DNA of 64,000 bases, from contig CP086569.2 in the NCBI GenBank assembly GCA_009914755.4, forward strand, positions 2,752,001-2,816,000. The letters run 5' to 3'. This DNA is from the human T2T-CHM13v2.0 reference genome, Homo sapiens. The first letter of the stretch is position 1. Every line of letters starts with the position of its first letter. Positions 1 to 13,220 of this stretch are shown one piece after another. The notes beneath the pieces are model-generated. The model did no database searches and was not told the origin of the DNA. It saw only the letters and a list, made by a program, of their open reading frames with translations. The position numbers and the translations under genes were made by a program.

Positions 1-45
1 CCGTCAACATTAACATGGCATTTATCTTTTATTTTTATTTACATT

Positions 46-331
46 ATTTTTTTAGACAGGATCTTGTTCTCTTGCCCAAGCTGGAGTGCAGTGTTGTGAT
101 CATATTTCACTGCAGACTGGACCTCCCAGGCTCAATTGATCCTCCCACCTTAGCCTGAGTAGCTGGAACCATGGGCAGGGACCAGTACACCTAGTTAATT
201 TTTGATTATTTGTAGAGACAGAATCTCCCTATGTTGCCCACGCTGGGTCTTGAAATCCTGGCCTCAAGCAGTCCTCCTGCCTCAGACTCCCAAAGTGCTG
301 GGATTACAGGTGTGAGCCACCGTGCCTGGCC
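46..331 (-). mobile_element. Alu SINE (reverse orientation)
   Basis: Poly-T then 'agacagg...gctggagtgcagtg...cctcccaggctcaa...cctcagactcccaaagtgctgggattacaggtgtgagccaccgtgcctggcc', the reverse complement of the canonical Alu dimer. No clear TSD seen. Confidence 0.9.
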
Positions 332-780
332 AGTATCTTTGTTGAAGTCTTCATAAAATCTTAACAGATTTTAATCTAATCTTAATCAGGTAAATATAAA
401 TTTCTTAAAATTTTTTATTAAATTTTACCACCATCATTAACTCCCTTTATATACTTTATAGCCATGTTGAAATGTCCATAAATGACCTGTTACAGGAAAA
501 GAATATTGGCAACATATTTTTAAAAATCAGATACACACACATGCATTAATTATACTATCATTATATTTTCATTAATTTTCTTAAGAATTGATATTCAAGT
601 GTTAATAGTCTATTTCTCTTGTACCAGATTAATATTTTATGTCTAGTTTATATAACTATACATTTTTAGGTCTCTGAGACACTATGCACTTGACAGTCAT
701 CATAAATAATATGAGAATAAAGGAAATAGCCCATAATGTAACTAATTACCAGTGATTTAATTTTTCTAATTAATCTGTGT

Positions 781-1340
781 ATTAGGGTTCTCCAGAGGGC
801 TAATAGGATATATGTATATATGAAAGGGAGTTTATTAAGGAGAATTGGCTCACAGTATCACAAAGCGAATTCCCACGATAGGCTGTCTGCAACCTGAGGA
901 AGAAAGAAGCCAGTAGTGGCTCAGTCAGAGACCAAAAGCCTCAAAAGCAGGGCAGCCGACTGCAGTCAGTCTTCAGTCTGTGGCCGAAGGCCTGAGAGCC
1001 CCTGGCAAAACACTGGTGTGAGTCCAAAGGCCGAAGAACGTGGAGTCTGATGTTCAAGAGCAGGAGGAACAGAAGAAAGCATCCGGCACAGGAGACAGAT
1101 GAAAGCCAGAAGACTCAAGTCAGTTTATCCCACCTTCTTCCTCTAGCTTTGTTCTAGCTGCTCTGGCAGCGGATTGGATGGTGCCCACCCATGTTTTGCT
1201 TCCTTTCCCAGTCCACCTACTGCAATGTTAATCTCCTCTGGCAACACCTTTACAGACACACGCAGAAACAATACTTTACCAGCTATCTAGGCATTCTTCA
1301 ATCCAATCAAGTTGACACCTAACATTAACCATCACAATCT
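781..1340. repeat. Old interspersed repeat, family not confidently named (copy 1)
   Basis: 'ttagggttctccagagggctaatagga...ggagaattggctcac...ggtgcccacccatg...aatgttaatctcctctggcaacacc...caatccaatcaagttgacacctaacattaaccatcaca' is a consensus-like string I recognise from RepeatMasker-type output as a mammalian interspersed repeat. A second diverged copy lies at 24160-24795 and a terminal fragment at 62890-62950. Confidence 0.55.
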
Positions 1341-3159
1341 GCCTTATTGTTTGTGGTTTATAGCCCTGTTGCATGTACTATCATCCATATGCAGGCTTGT
1401 CCATCAATGACAGCTGTTTCTCAATGAACAATTACTAAGGGGTATACTTCAAGAAAAGTGAAGAAATATGTCACTCATTACAGTTTCTATTAAAAGCTAT
1501 CAGAGTTTCCTATCAGAACAATGTGCTATGCAGTTTGGTTTTATCAATATACTTGGCAGATACCAGATATCAATTGGACCCGATGTTTGAGAGTGCTACA
1601 AATCTTGAAGAAAATTTGAGTCTTGTCTGCATTAGTGCTTTCAAGTAGATAACTAAGGTAGTCATTTCAAAGAAGGTTGTTAGAGAGTACTAGCAAATAA
1701 CACAAGTTTTAAAATAGTTTATTAGATGGGTAAATTTAGACTAGGGCAAAAATCCACATAAAGTTTCTTTTTCTCATTTAAAATGGGAAAATAATTTCTA
1801 ATTTATGAGTTTGTGGTGAGAATTATGTAATTTAACATCAAGCACCTAGTAAACAGTAACTGTTGTCAGTATTACTAATTATTGGAGTCTTTAGTCATTA
1901 ACATCTGAAATTCTGTTTTATATAGTTCTTCTGAAATCTTTTGTTACTCCCTTTTACGTTTTCTACAATACCTTTTTTCATTAGTCATCCTAATTGTTAA
2001 AAAGCCAAAATTACATCTCTAAAGTCACATTAAATTTAGTTTATAATATTACAATGCATAAATGCATAAGGGAAGTGTTTTGCCATAGTTTTATTGGCCT
2101 TTTTACTTTCACATTATTACATTACCTTCTGAAGTTAAACATTAGAAACCCAATAAACATTCAGTGGAAAAGCTATAGGTTGAGGTGGTTTAAGGACATT
2201 CTTTATTTAGAAATGAATATCTTTGGCTAAGAATATAAAAAAAAAAATGTGATACACTCTGGCATATGTCAACTAGATGTACTAACCAAGTGAATATTTT
2301 GACCTTAAAAGTAGATGTTGAATTCTACACTTATAAAGTTGGAATGTCCTACTGCTCATTGTGCAAGTAGATAACAATGGGCAGAGATAACTTAGCCTCC
2401 TTTAACAACTTGCACCTATTTGACAAAAAGCCAGAGGAAGATGAGAATAGTGGGACAAAGAATATAATAGCTATTCTGTGTATAAAATTGACCTTTTTTG
2501 GGGGATATTATTCTTACAAATGGTGATTAAAATATTTTCTGGTAATATAGTCGTCATTATGTTAAAGATCCACTTCTAGGAAACATGTGCTTTGAAATTT
2601 TAAACTCAATCTCAAATAATATTACATAAATACATGCCTGATGGACATTGCATAGGCTGGAAAACATCGAAATACAAAACATTAGATTTATGCCTCTTGC
2701 AAAGTAAGCTCATTGACTTTTAAGTAAAGGTTTAAATAAACATTTAAAGATAATTGCAAGATGACATGAATAATCTGCAAAGAACACTTTCAATGATAGG
2801 TGATTATGTTAATTTGCTTTACTATTAGTAAGATTCAGTTTAAGCATGGCATTATTAGTTAGGTATGACTGAATTATTTAACTCAAGAAAAAATTTTTTC
2901 TCTTTTGGCAAGAGCTACGTTGCCATTTTATTACATCTCAGTTTCTGACTAACAATATATTATCCTTCAGCTCATATCATTTCATAATCATTTCTTATCG
3001 GTGTCTAGCTGATAGGCCTAGGCCATAAGCTAAGGTGGGGACTTACTCTTCATCAGTCTCTCAAATTTATTTGTCTCTGACATTATTTCTGGAGTTAATT
3101 ATTATCATATAAGAATCAACAACATAAGAAAGCGTTGTTGAATTTGCACATTTCTATCA

Positions 3160-3395
3160 TGTATATATATCTTACATATATAATATATATAGATTACTGT
3201 AGTGTACTATATATTTATAATGCTATGTATACATAGATATCTTACTATATATGTAGATATATAGTAAACAACTGTTTCAAATGCATTATATTATACAATA
3301 TATATTATGTAAATATATACATTTTGATTATATATGTACACACATAAACACATACATATACATATGCACACACATACAATGGAAGTTACAAACTT
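3160..3395. repeat. Low-complexity TA/CA-rich tract
   Basis: Runs of 'tatatata', 'atacatatacatatgcacacacatac'; imperfect (TA)n/(CA)n. Confidence 0.8.
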
Positions 3396-3480
3396 CTGTC
3401 CTGCAATGAAAGCATAAAATATTATTTTCAACTTCCAAACATTTTAAATTGGCACCATAAAACACTATTAAATAAATGTC

Positions 3481-3770
3481 ACTTGTTGTGGCTCATGCAT
3501 GTAATTCCAGCCCTTTGGGAGACCAAGGTGGAAAGATTCCTTGAAGGTGAATAATTCAAGACCAGCCTGGGCAACATAGTGAGACTCCATCTCTACAAAA
3601 ATAAAAAATAAGAGGTGTGGTGGCATGCACCTGTAGTCCTAGCTACTCTGTAGGGTAAGAGAGGAGGATTGCTTGAGCCCAGGAGTTCATAGCTGCTGTG
3701 GGTTATGATTGTGCCACTGCACTCCAGCATGGGTGACAGTGAGATCCTGTCTCTTAAAAAATGAAAATTT
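3481..3770 (+). mobile_element. Alu SINE (forward), 5'-truncated by ~10 bp
   Basis: 'gtggctcatgcatgtaattccagccctttgggagaccaaggtgg...gagaccagcctgggcaacatagtgagactccatctctacaaaaataaaaaat...gcatgcacctgtagtcctagctactc...cactgcactccagcatgggtgacagtgagatcctgtctc' plus an A-rich tail. Possible TSD 'aaatgtca(c/t)' at 3474-3482 and 3772-3780. Confidence 0.9.
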
Positions 3771-4178
3771 TTAAAATGTCATAAATATTTCAGTTCTAAA
3801 TATTATAGTGGCTTAAGGTAGCAAACATGAGGAAACAAAGTAAAAATAAAGAGAAATTATCAGCACAATCTTTTTTTCATCAGGGTTCCAATATGGCCAA
3901 CATTTTACAGATACGAAATCTCTAATCCAGGCTGCTATAGGTTGCACAATGAACGAAAAAGGGCAAGCAATGGTTGACATCACCAAGAAGAAAGAGATGT
4001 TAGTATTATCTGACAGAGATTCTAAAGCAGCAATAATAAAAATGCTTCAATGAGCACTTACCAAAGTGTTTCGAACAAATGACAAAATACAAAGTTCCAG
4101 CAAAGAAATAGAATTTTTAAACCTAAAAATAGAAGATATAAGAAGCAACAAATAAAAATTGTATAACAGTCCTATAGC

Positions 4179-4578
4179 TTGAATGTATCCCCCAAAGTTA
4201 ATGTTTTGAAAAGTTAGTACCCAATGAAATAGTGTCAAGAGGTGAGACCTATGAGAAGTAATTAGATCATGAGGTCTCTGCCTTCTTAAGTGTATTAATA
4301 CCATTATCAATGGAGTGGGTTCATTACCATGAGAGTGGGTTTGGTATAAAAGTGAGTTTGGTTCCCTCTTGTTCTCTCTCATCCACATGTGATGTCTCTC
4401 CATGTGATACTTCCTGCCATGTTATGCTGCAGCAAGAAGACCCTCACCAGATGCAGCCCCTCTATGTTGGACTTCCCAGCCTCCGGAAGTGTAAGCCAGA
4501 AAAACTTATATTGTTTATAAATTACCCAGTCTGTAGCATTCTGTTACACCAGCACAAAATAAACTACAACAAACTGTA
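4179..4578 (+). mobile_element. MaLR-type solo LTR (MLT1/MST-like)
   Basis: Starts 'tgaatgtatcccccaaagttaatgttttgaaa' and ends 'ggacttcccagcctccggaagtgtaagccagaaaaacttatattgtttataaattacccagtctgtagcattctgttacaccagcacaaaataaactacaacaaa'. That is the hallmark MaLR LTR 3' end ('...ttcccagcctccagaactgtgag...ctttataaattacccagtct..ggtat..tgttatagcaacag...'). Confidence 0.7.
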
Positions 4579-5705
4579 AAATATAATAAACAAAAACTAA
4601 ACAAAACTTTGAGTGTGCTCAACAGCACAATAGAGAGGCAGAGAAAAGAATTAGTGACCATAGCAATTGCCTAATTGCAGAGGTTGCAGTCCTTAGGAGT
4701 CACACATTGGCCATGGGTTGGGGTAGGGAGGCCCATGGGAAGGAGAGTTTGACTGCTCAACAGCCAGATGAGGCCTACATTTTCCTTTTGCACTGCGCTC
4801 TGCAAATTGGACCTACTGTCATGGTTCTAGCTGCCAAATAAAAATTTTGCTAATAGGTTTAATTAGGTTACACGGAAATTGGTGCACTTTGTTTAGGTGC
4901 AGTGAAAATAGTACTGATTAGGACTCAGGAGAGATCAGTTTAAGAATCAGCCCTGTAAAAGGAAATTATCAACTTATTTTTTATCTTGATTTTCTATTCT
5001 CCATTTTGATTATCTCTGCTCAAAGCCTTATTATTTCCTTCTTCTGACTTGGGTTTAGTTTTTTCTCCTTATTTAGTTTCATAAGACTTAAAGTTAGGTA
5101 GTTAATTTGAATTCTTGCTTCGTTTTCAATGTACGCACTTACATTTAAAAATTCCCTCTTAGCATTTTTTTGGCTATATCTATAAGTTTTATTATTTTGT
5201 GTTTTTATTTTCATTTTTCTCAAGACATTTTCTAATTTCTTTAGTGATTTTATCTTTCACTCATTGTTTTTTAAAGAGTGTATTGTTTAATTTGCACATA
5301 TTTGTGGATTTTTCAGTTTTCCTTTGCTTCATTTCTACTTTTATTCAATTGTGATGAGAAGAGCTACTTTGCATGATTTAATGTTTTTAAATTATTGAAC
5401 GTCTCTTAGAGACTTCAATATCCCACGTTCAATAATAGAAAAAATAAGACAGAAGTTTGATAAATGAAAAGAGAATTTGATAAACATTATAGACCAATTG
5501 GATGTAACAAACATAAGTAACACAGAAGAATGTATTTTTTTTCTGAGTGCATATAGAATGTTCTCCAAGATAGACAACATGCTTGGCCACAGAAAAAGTC
5601 TTAATTAATTTAAAAACATTAAATCATGCAAAGTATCTCTTCTCGTCATCCCGTCAAATTCATCAGTATTCGCTTCACATATTTTCAGACTCAGACATTT
5701 GGTGC

Positions 5706-5812
5706 ATAAATGCATATAAGTGCAATAAATAGTATATATATATATACACACACACTTATATATACATATATACACATATATACATATATATAGATAGATA
5801 TAGGATTTGGTA
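5706..5812. repeat. (TA)n/(CA)n compound microsatellite
   Basis: 'atatatatatacacacacacttatatatacatatatacacatatatacatatatatagatagatata'. Confidence 0.9.
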
Positions 5813-6539
5813 CTATCAATGGTTTTAGGCATCTATTGTGGGATGAGTCTTGAAACTTATGCCACGTGGATAAGGGAGGACTACTGTATCTTCTTGGTTA
5901 TTTGAACACTTTATTGTTACATAATGTCCATTTTTGTCTCTAGTAACTATTTTTGACTTGAGAATTATTTGTCTAATATTAATGTAGCCACTTCTGCTCA
6001 ATTTTTTTTACTATTTGCATGAAATATTTTCGCCATTCTTTCACTTTCTTTGCTAAATATGTTTCTTCATTTTTTTCTTTTTTTATTTATGCATAATAGA
6101 TGTACATATTTTCAGGGTATATGTGATAATTTGATACATTCATATAATGTATGAAAATCAACTATCCTTTCATTTTTACTGTATATCCTTAGATTTAAAA
6201 TGAGTCTTTGTAGTCAGTGTATAGTTAAATCATGTTTCTATTTTAAAATATTCTGCCAATCTATGTCATTTGATTGGGCAGTTTAAACTATTTACATTCA
6301 AAGTAGTTATTGAGCAGCCTCCACTGCTTTTTTTTCTTCACTCTGGGAGGCCCACATGGCTCTGCCTCAACTTTCTATTCCCTGTGACTCACAGGACCTG
6401 AGAGATCAGTAGGGAGGACAACATGGCACTCCAGAAGCTGGGAAGTGGACAAAGAAAAGGCAAGGGGATTCCAAAGCTCATATAGCTCAAAAAGTTTAGT
6501 TTACTTGGATAGTCTTATTTGAGTTTTCATCTATACAAT

Positions 6540-7331
6540 TTTTTTTGCAAAAGTGCCAAAATGGCCAACTAGATGCAGATAGAAAGAGCTTCCCCCACTA
6601 AGAGACTAGACTATCAAAAAGACCAGCACACTCCAAGCAAATTTTCAGGAAGAAGGCATTGAGAGTGGGTAAAGGGAGGACATAGACTGAAGAGGGAGGA
6701 AGCTGGGAACCCTGCACAGGGTTGGTGAGCACCCTTATATCCAAACAAACAATTGAACTAGCTCTCCAGCAATACTTTTTAACCAAGCTGATATGTCTAA
6801 AATATAAACATATAATTCAGAATCTGGATAACAATGAAGATCATGAAGATTCAGGAAAAAATTGAAACTCAAGCCAAGGAAACTAAGAAATTTAGTAAAA
6901 TGATACAAGAGCTCAAACAGAAAATAACTATTATATGCAAAAACCAAACTGATTTTCTACAGCTGAAATTTTCACTACAACAATTTCATAATACAATTGG
7001 AAGTATTTACAGCAGAATAGACCAAGCTGCAGGAAGAATCTCAGAGTTCAAAGACCAGTTCTTTGAATCTCAGTCAGACAAAAATAAAGAAGAAATACAA
7101 AAGAATTAACAAAACCTACAAGAAATATGGAATTATATAAAGAGACCACCAAACCTATGACACATTGGTGTCTCTGAAAAACAAGGAGAGGGAACTAGAA
7201 ACTTGGAAAATATATTCAAGGGTATTGTCCACAAAAATTTCTCCAACCTCAGTAGAGAAAGCAATGTTCAAAGTAAGGAAATTCAGGGAACCCCTGTGAA
7301 ACAGTATGCAAGGCAACCATCCCCAATGCAG

Positions 7332-7363
<32 letters not shown>

Positions 7364-9230
7364 TATATATATATCACATATATACATATATAAGTATATA
7401 TATGGCATATATATATCACATATATACATATATAAGTATATATATGGCATATATATATCACATATATACATATATAAGTATATATATGGCATATATATAT
7501 CACATATATACATATATAAGTATATATATGCCATATATATCACATATATACATATATAAGTATATATATGGCAGCTAGAAATAAGGGGCAAGTTGCTTAC
7601 AAAAAGAACCCAGTCTGGCTAAGAGTAGACCTTTCAGCAAAAACCCTACAAACTAACAATGAGGTTTTCCACATAGTTAGAAAAATCACTTCTAAAATTC
7701 ACATGGAACAAAAACAGAGCCCAAACAGCAGAGAAATCCTAAGCAAAATAACAAAGCCAGAGGCATCACAATAGCTGATGTCAAACTATACTACAAGGCT
7801 ATAATAACCAAAAAGGTATGGTACTGGTACAAAAACAGACACATAGATAAATGGGACAGGTTAGAGAACCCAGAAATAAAGTCGTCCACCTAGAACCATT
7901 TGATCTTTGACAAACTCAACAACAGCAAGCAATGCGGAAAGAAATCCTTATTCAATAAATGCTACTAGGATAATTTACTAGCCATAGGCAGAAGATTAAA
8001 ACTGAACCCCTTTATTTAAACAGATGTAAAAAGCAACTCAACATGGATTAAAGACTTAAATGTAAAACCTAAAACTATAAAACCCTAGAGAAAAACCTAG
8101 GAAATACTATTCTGGATATTGGTCTGGCAAAGATTTCATGGTGAAGACTCCAAAAATAATTTCAACAAAAATAAAAATTGACAAACAGGACCAAATTAAA
8201 CTAAGGAGCTTTGACATAGTGAAAGAAACTACCAACACAGTAAACAGACCACCTAGAGAGTGGGAAAATACACTTGCAGACTATACATCCAACAGAAACC
8301 TAATATCCAGAATCTATAAGTAACTTTACAAAATCAAGAAAAAAAGAAAGAAAGAACTCCTCTAAAAATGGGCAAATGACATGAACAGACACTTCTCAGA
8401 AGACAAACACATGGCCAACAAGCATATGAAATAATGCACAATATCACTAATCATTAGGGAAGCACAAATTAAAACCACAATGCAATACTATCTCACACCA
8501 GTCAGAATGGCTATTATAAAAAAGTCAAAAAATAACAGATGTTGGTGAGGTTGCAAAGAAAAGAGAATGCTTATACACTGCTGGTGGGAATGTAAATTAG
8601 TTCAGCCATTGCAGAAGGCAGTTTGGTGATTCCTCAAAGTATTTAAAACACAATTACCATTTGACCAAACAATCACATTACTAAGTATATACACAAAGGA
8701 ATATAAATTTTTCTACCATAATGACATATGCACATGTAGGTTCATCACAGAACTATTCACAATAGCAAAGACATGGAATCCACCCAGATGTCCATCAATG
8801 GTGCACTTGATAAAGAAAATGTGGTTCATATACACCATGGAATGCTTCACAGCCATAAAAATAAGTAAAATTATGTCATTTGCAGCAACATGTATGCAGA
8901 CAGAGGACATTATCTTATGCAAATTAATGCAGGAACAGAAACCAAATACCACATGATCTCACTTATGAGTGGGAGCTAAACATTGTGTACACAGGGACAT
9001 AAGGAAGGGAACAATAGACATTGGGGCCTACTTGAGGGTGGAAGGTGAGAGGAGATTGAGAATTAAAACCCTACCTATGCGATGTTATGCTCATCACCTG
9101 GCTGGTGAAATGATCTGTACAGCAAACCTCTGTGACACGCAATTTACCCTTGTAACAAACCTGCACATGTACCCCCTAAACCTAAAATAGTGTTTGGAAA
9201 GAAATAAAAGACTTTTATACAATAACATGC
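6540..9230 (+). mobile_element. L1 LINE (older primate subfamily) with a large internal deletion: 5'UTR/ORF1 joined to the ORF2 C-terminal region plus 3'UTR
   Basis: The frame 6834-7109 gives ORF1-like coiled-coil protein (MKIMKIQEKIETQAKE...). Frame 7203-7330 gives '[40 protein letters not shown]', which matches L1 ORF1p '...LENTLQDIIQENFPNLARQANIQIQEIQRTPQRY...'. After the minisatellite at 7345-7571 the sequence resumes in the ORF2 C-terminal region ('...[24 protein letters not shown]...') and runs to the L1 3' end '...aacctgcacatgtaccccctaaacctaaaata'. Confidence 0.85.
7345..7571. repeat. TA-rich minisatellite, ~42-bp unit x ~5, sitting at the L1 internal-deletion junction
   Basis: Unit 'catatatatatcacatatatacatatataagtatatatatgg' recurs with a period of 41-43 bp ('ggcat' at 7404, 7446, 7489, 7530, 7570). 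It is preceded by (TA)n(CA)n. It explains the YIYIY... ORFs in the track. Confidence 0.85.
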
Positions 9231-9589
9231 CCATCTGCGTTACTTAATTGTATCTGTATTGGAACAAAATTAAATTTGTAAATTACCTTAAGAACAATTG
9301 ATGTTGATAATATTGAGTTTTCCCATCTAATAACATGATTTGATTTTTCATGTGTTTATGTCTACATTCATATAACTTAGGAACTTTCTATGGTTTTTGT
9401 TATATTCAAAACACATTTTTGTTAGATGTATTATTAGGTAGTTTATTTTGTTAGAGTCTATTAAAAAGTAAACAGAAGTATAAAAATAATAAAATAATTA
9501 TTGATAACTATGGACATTTTTTAAATTCATTCAAGTAATTTGGAAGCCTTTGTTTTTTAGACTTAGTTACTGAGATATTTTCCCCCCAG

Positions 9590-11768
9590 TTTTTATTTTG
9601 GTTTAAGGAGTACATGTGCCAGTTTGTTATACGGGTAAATTGCATGCCATGCTGGTTTGGTGTACAGATAATTTTGTAACACAGGTAATCAGCATACTAC
9701 CCAGTAGAGAGTTTTTCAATTCTCACTATCCTCCTACCTTTCAACTTCAAATAAGCTCCAGTGTCTATTGCTTCTTTCTTTGTGTCCATGGGTACCAATG
9801 TTTAGCTCCCACCTATAAGTAAGAACATGTAGTCTTTGGTTTTCTGTTCCTGCATTAATTGACTTATGATTATGGCCTCCAGCTCCATTCATGTTGTGGC
9901 AAAGAATATGATCTAATTTTTAAAAATCTTTGTAGTATTCCGTGATGTACATTACATGCACCACATTTTCTTTATCCCATTCACTGTAGGTGGCCATCTA
10001 GGTTAATTCCATGTCTTTGCTATTGTGAATAGTGCAGCGATGAACTTACTCATGCGTGTGTCTTTATGGTAGAATAATATATATTCCTTTGAGTATATAC
10101 CCATTAATTGAATTGCTAGGTCAAATGTTAGTTTTGTTTTAACTTCTTTGAGAAATCTCCAAAGTGTTTTCCACATTGGCTAAAGAAAAATTAAATTCCC
10201 ACTAACTGTGTAGAAGCCTTCCCTTTTCTCCACAACCTCTCCAGCATCTGTTATTTATTTATTTTTGACTTTTTAATGATAGCCATTCTGACTGGTGTTA
10301 TTCTGATAGCCATTCTGATGGTATCTCTTTGTGGCATTGATTTGCATTTCCCTAATGATTTGTGATATTGAACATTTTTCCATATGCTTGATAGCCACGT
10401 GTGTATCTTCTTTTGAAAATTGTCTGTTCATGTCTTTGCCCATTTTTACATGGGATTATTTTTGCTTGTTGACTTGAGTTCCTTCTAGATTCTGGATATT
10501 AGACCTCTGCTGGATGCACAGTTTCCAAATATTTTCACCCATATTGTAGGTTGTCTGTTTACTCTGATAGTTTCTTTTGTTTTGCAGAAGCTCTTTAGAT
10601 CGATTAGGTCCGATTTGTCAATTTTTTGTTTTTGTTGAAATTACCTTTGGAGGCTGCATCATGATTTCTGAACAAGGGCCAATGTCTAAGAATGGCATTT
10701 CATAGGTCTTCCTCTATAGTTTTTATAGCTTTAGGTTTTACATTTAACTCTTCAAGCTATCTTGAGTTGATTTTTGTGTAGAGTATAAGGAAGGAGTCCC
10801 ATTTCAACATTCTGCATATGGCAAGCCAGCTATCCCAGCACCATTCATTGAATGGGGATTATTTCCCAATTGCTTGTTTTTGTCAGTTTTGTCGAAGATC
10901 AGATGTTTTTAGGTGTGTGGCTTTATTTGTGGCCTTTCATCCTTTCCTATTGATCTATGTGCCCATCTCTGTACCAGTACCATGCTATTTTAGTTATTTT
11001 ACCCTGGCACTATAGTGTGAAGTTGGATGTTATGATGCTTCCAGCTTTTTTCTTTTTGCTTAGGATTGCTTTGGATGTTTGTTATATTTTTGTTCCACGT
11101 GAATTTTAAAAAAGATTTTTCTGATTATGTGAAGAATGGCATTAATAATTTGATAGGAGTAGCACTGAATCTGTAAATTGCTCGGGTCATTCTTGTGGCC
11201 ATTTTAAAAATATCGATTCTTCCTATCCCTGAGCTTGGAGTGTTTTTCCATTTGTTTGTGTCATCTTTGATTTCTTTGAGCAGCATTTTGTAATTCTTGT
11301 TGAAAAGATCTTTAACTTCTCAGGTTAGTTGTTTTCCTAGGTATTTTTGTGTATATGTATGTGATTATTGGGAATGGGATTGTATTTTTGATTTGGCTCT
11401 CAGCTTGGACAGTATTGATGGATAGAAATACTACTGATGTTTGTACACTGATGTTGATTCTTGAAACATTGCTGAAGTCATTCATCAGATCTAGAAGCCT
11501 TTGTACAGGGACTAGAGGATTTTCTGGGTATAGAATTATAATGTCTTTGAAGAGAGTTTGACTCCCTGTCTTTTTATTTGACTGTCTTTTGTTTCTTTGT
11601 CTTACCTGATTGCTCTGGATAGGACTTCCAGTAGTATGCTGAATAGGTGTGGTGAGAGTGGGCATCGTTGTCTTGTTCCAGTTTTCAAGGGAAATTCTTC
11701 CAGCTTTTGGTTATTAAGTATGATGTCAGCTGTGCAGAAGCTATTTAGTTTAATTAGGTCCCATTTGT
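9590..11768 (-). mobile_element. L1 LINE 'A' (reverse orientation), 3' end through the RT region
   Basis: Starts with the reverse complement of the L1 3' end ('ggagtacatgtgccagtttgttatacgggtaaattgcatgcc'). It continues through the reverse-complement ORF2 C-terminus ('...gcagaagctctttagatcgattaggtccgatttgtcaattttttgtttttgttg...') to the RT region ('...ccagttttcaagggaaattcttccagcttttggttattaagtatgatgtcagctgtg'). At 11730-11768 it jumps via 'cacagc' microhomology into a 3'-region segment. Confidence 0.85.
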
Positions 11769-11957
11769 CAGAGACAGGAAAAAAAAAACTTAGTACCCCA
11801 AATTGCCACAATATATGACCTATAACGTTCAGTTATCAAAAAACTACAAGATATGCAAATAAATAGGAATGTGTGAATGATACACAGAAAAAAGGAAACA
11901 ATGGGAAAAGTATGTAAAAATGAGGAGCTATCAGATATAACAGAAAAAGACTTAAAC
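11769..11957. repeat. Left arm of a long near-perfect inverted repeat
   Basis: 'cagagacagg(a)10cttagtaccccaaattgccacaatatatgacctataacgttcagttatcaaaaaactacaagatatgcaaataaataggaatgtgtgaatgatacacagaaaaaaggaaacaatgggaaaagtatgtaaaaatgaggagctatcagatataacagaaaaagacttaaa'. Its reverse complement is at 15156-15344. By eye there is 1 substitution (g/a) plus a 1-nt homopolymer length difference. Confidence 0.9.
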
Positions 11958-12654
11958 AGCTTCTGCACAGCTTCTCTGTTTCTGTTGTTGCTTACTTTGT
12001 TGCAATTGCTTTTGGCATCATTGTCATAAAATCTTTGTCAAGGCTTATGTCTAGAATGGATTTTCCTGGGTTTTCTTCAAAGGTTTTTATAATTTTAGGT
12101 TTTACATTTATGTCTTTAATAATCTTGAGTTGATTTTTGTATATGGTGTAAGAAAGTGGTTCACTTTCAATCATCTGCATATGACTAGCCAGCTATCCCA
12201 GCTCCATTTATTAAATAGGGAGGCCTTTTCCCACTGCCTTTTTTTGTTGACATTTTCAAAGAACAGATGGTTGTAGGCGTGTGGCTTTATTTCTGGGCTC
12301 TCTATTCTGTTCCATTGATCTATGTGTCTGTTTTTGTACCACTTCCACGCTATTTTGGTTACTGTAGCCTTGTAGTATAGTTTGAAGTTCAGTAATGTAA
12401 TGCTTCCAGGTTTAATGTTTTTTGTTTGTTTGTTTGTTTTGTTCTTCTTAGAATGTCTTTGGCTATTCCGGCTCTGTTTTGGTTCCATATATATATATAT
12501 ATATATTTTATAATTGTGTGAAGAATGTCATTGGTACTCTGATAGAAATGGCATTGAATCTGTAAATTGCTTTGGGCAGTATGGCCATTTTTATGATATT
12601 GATTCATCCTATCCATGAGCATGGAATATTTTTCCATCTGTTTTTTGCCATTTC

Positions 12655-12741
12655 TGATTTCTTTCTTTCCTTCCTGCCTTCCTGCTTTCTTTCTTTCTGT
12701 CTTTCTGTCTTTCCTTCTTTCATCATCTTCTTCTGTTTGTT
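12655..12741. repeat. (CTTT)n/(CCTT)n simple repeat
   Basis: 'ctttctttccttcctgccttcctgctttctttctttctgtctttctgtctttccttctttcatcatcttcttctgtttgtttg'. Confidence 0.85.
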
Positions 12742-13032
<291 letters not shown>

Positions 13033-13220
13033 ATTTTTTGAGCACTGTTTGGTAGTTCTCCTTGAAGAGGTCTTTCACGTCCCTGGTTAGCTTTATTCCT
13101 AGGTACTAATATTTTATTCTTTTTACGGCTATTTTGTAAAGAATTGTGTTCTTGATTTGACACTCAGCTTGGATGTGGCTGGTGTATAAAATGGTACTTA
13201 TTTTTGCAGATTGATTTTTA

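Noticed and set aside
7345-7571. Regularly spaced ~42-bp repeats (and the ~38-bp units at 41880-42050) as a possible CRISPR array
   Set aside because: The sequence is eukaryotic, as shown by Alu/L1 content. The units are TA-rich and contiguous with no unique spacers, there is no leader or cas ORFs, and the periodicity drifts between 41 and 43 bp. These are minisatellites.
7203-7591. Several overlapping 84-118-aa ORFs on both strands ([19 protein letters not shown]...)
   Set aside because: They are translations of the TA/CA-rich 42-bp minisatellite. They are open on both strands simply because the repeat lacks stop codons.
11771-11788. 'gagacagg' + A10 (and 'T11 + cctgtctc' at 15326-15344) as an Alu 3' end/poly-A tail marking a SINE boundary
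   Set aside because: The orientation is wrong for an Alu terminus on either strand (Alu sense is 'cctgtctc'+An; here it is 'gagacagg'+An), and there is no Alu body adjacent. It is simply part of the inverted-repeat unit.
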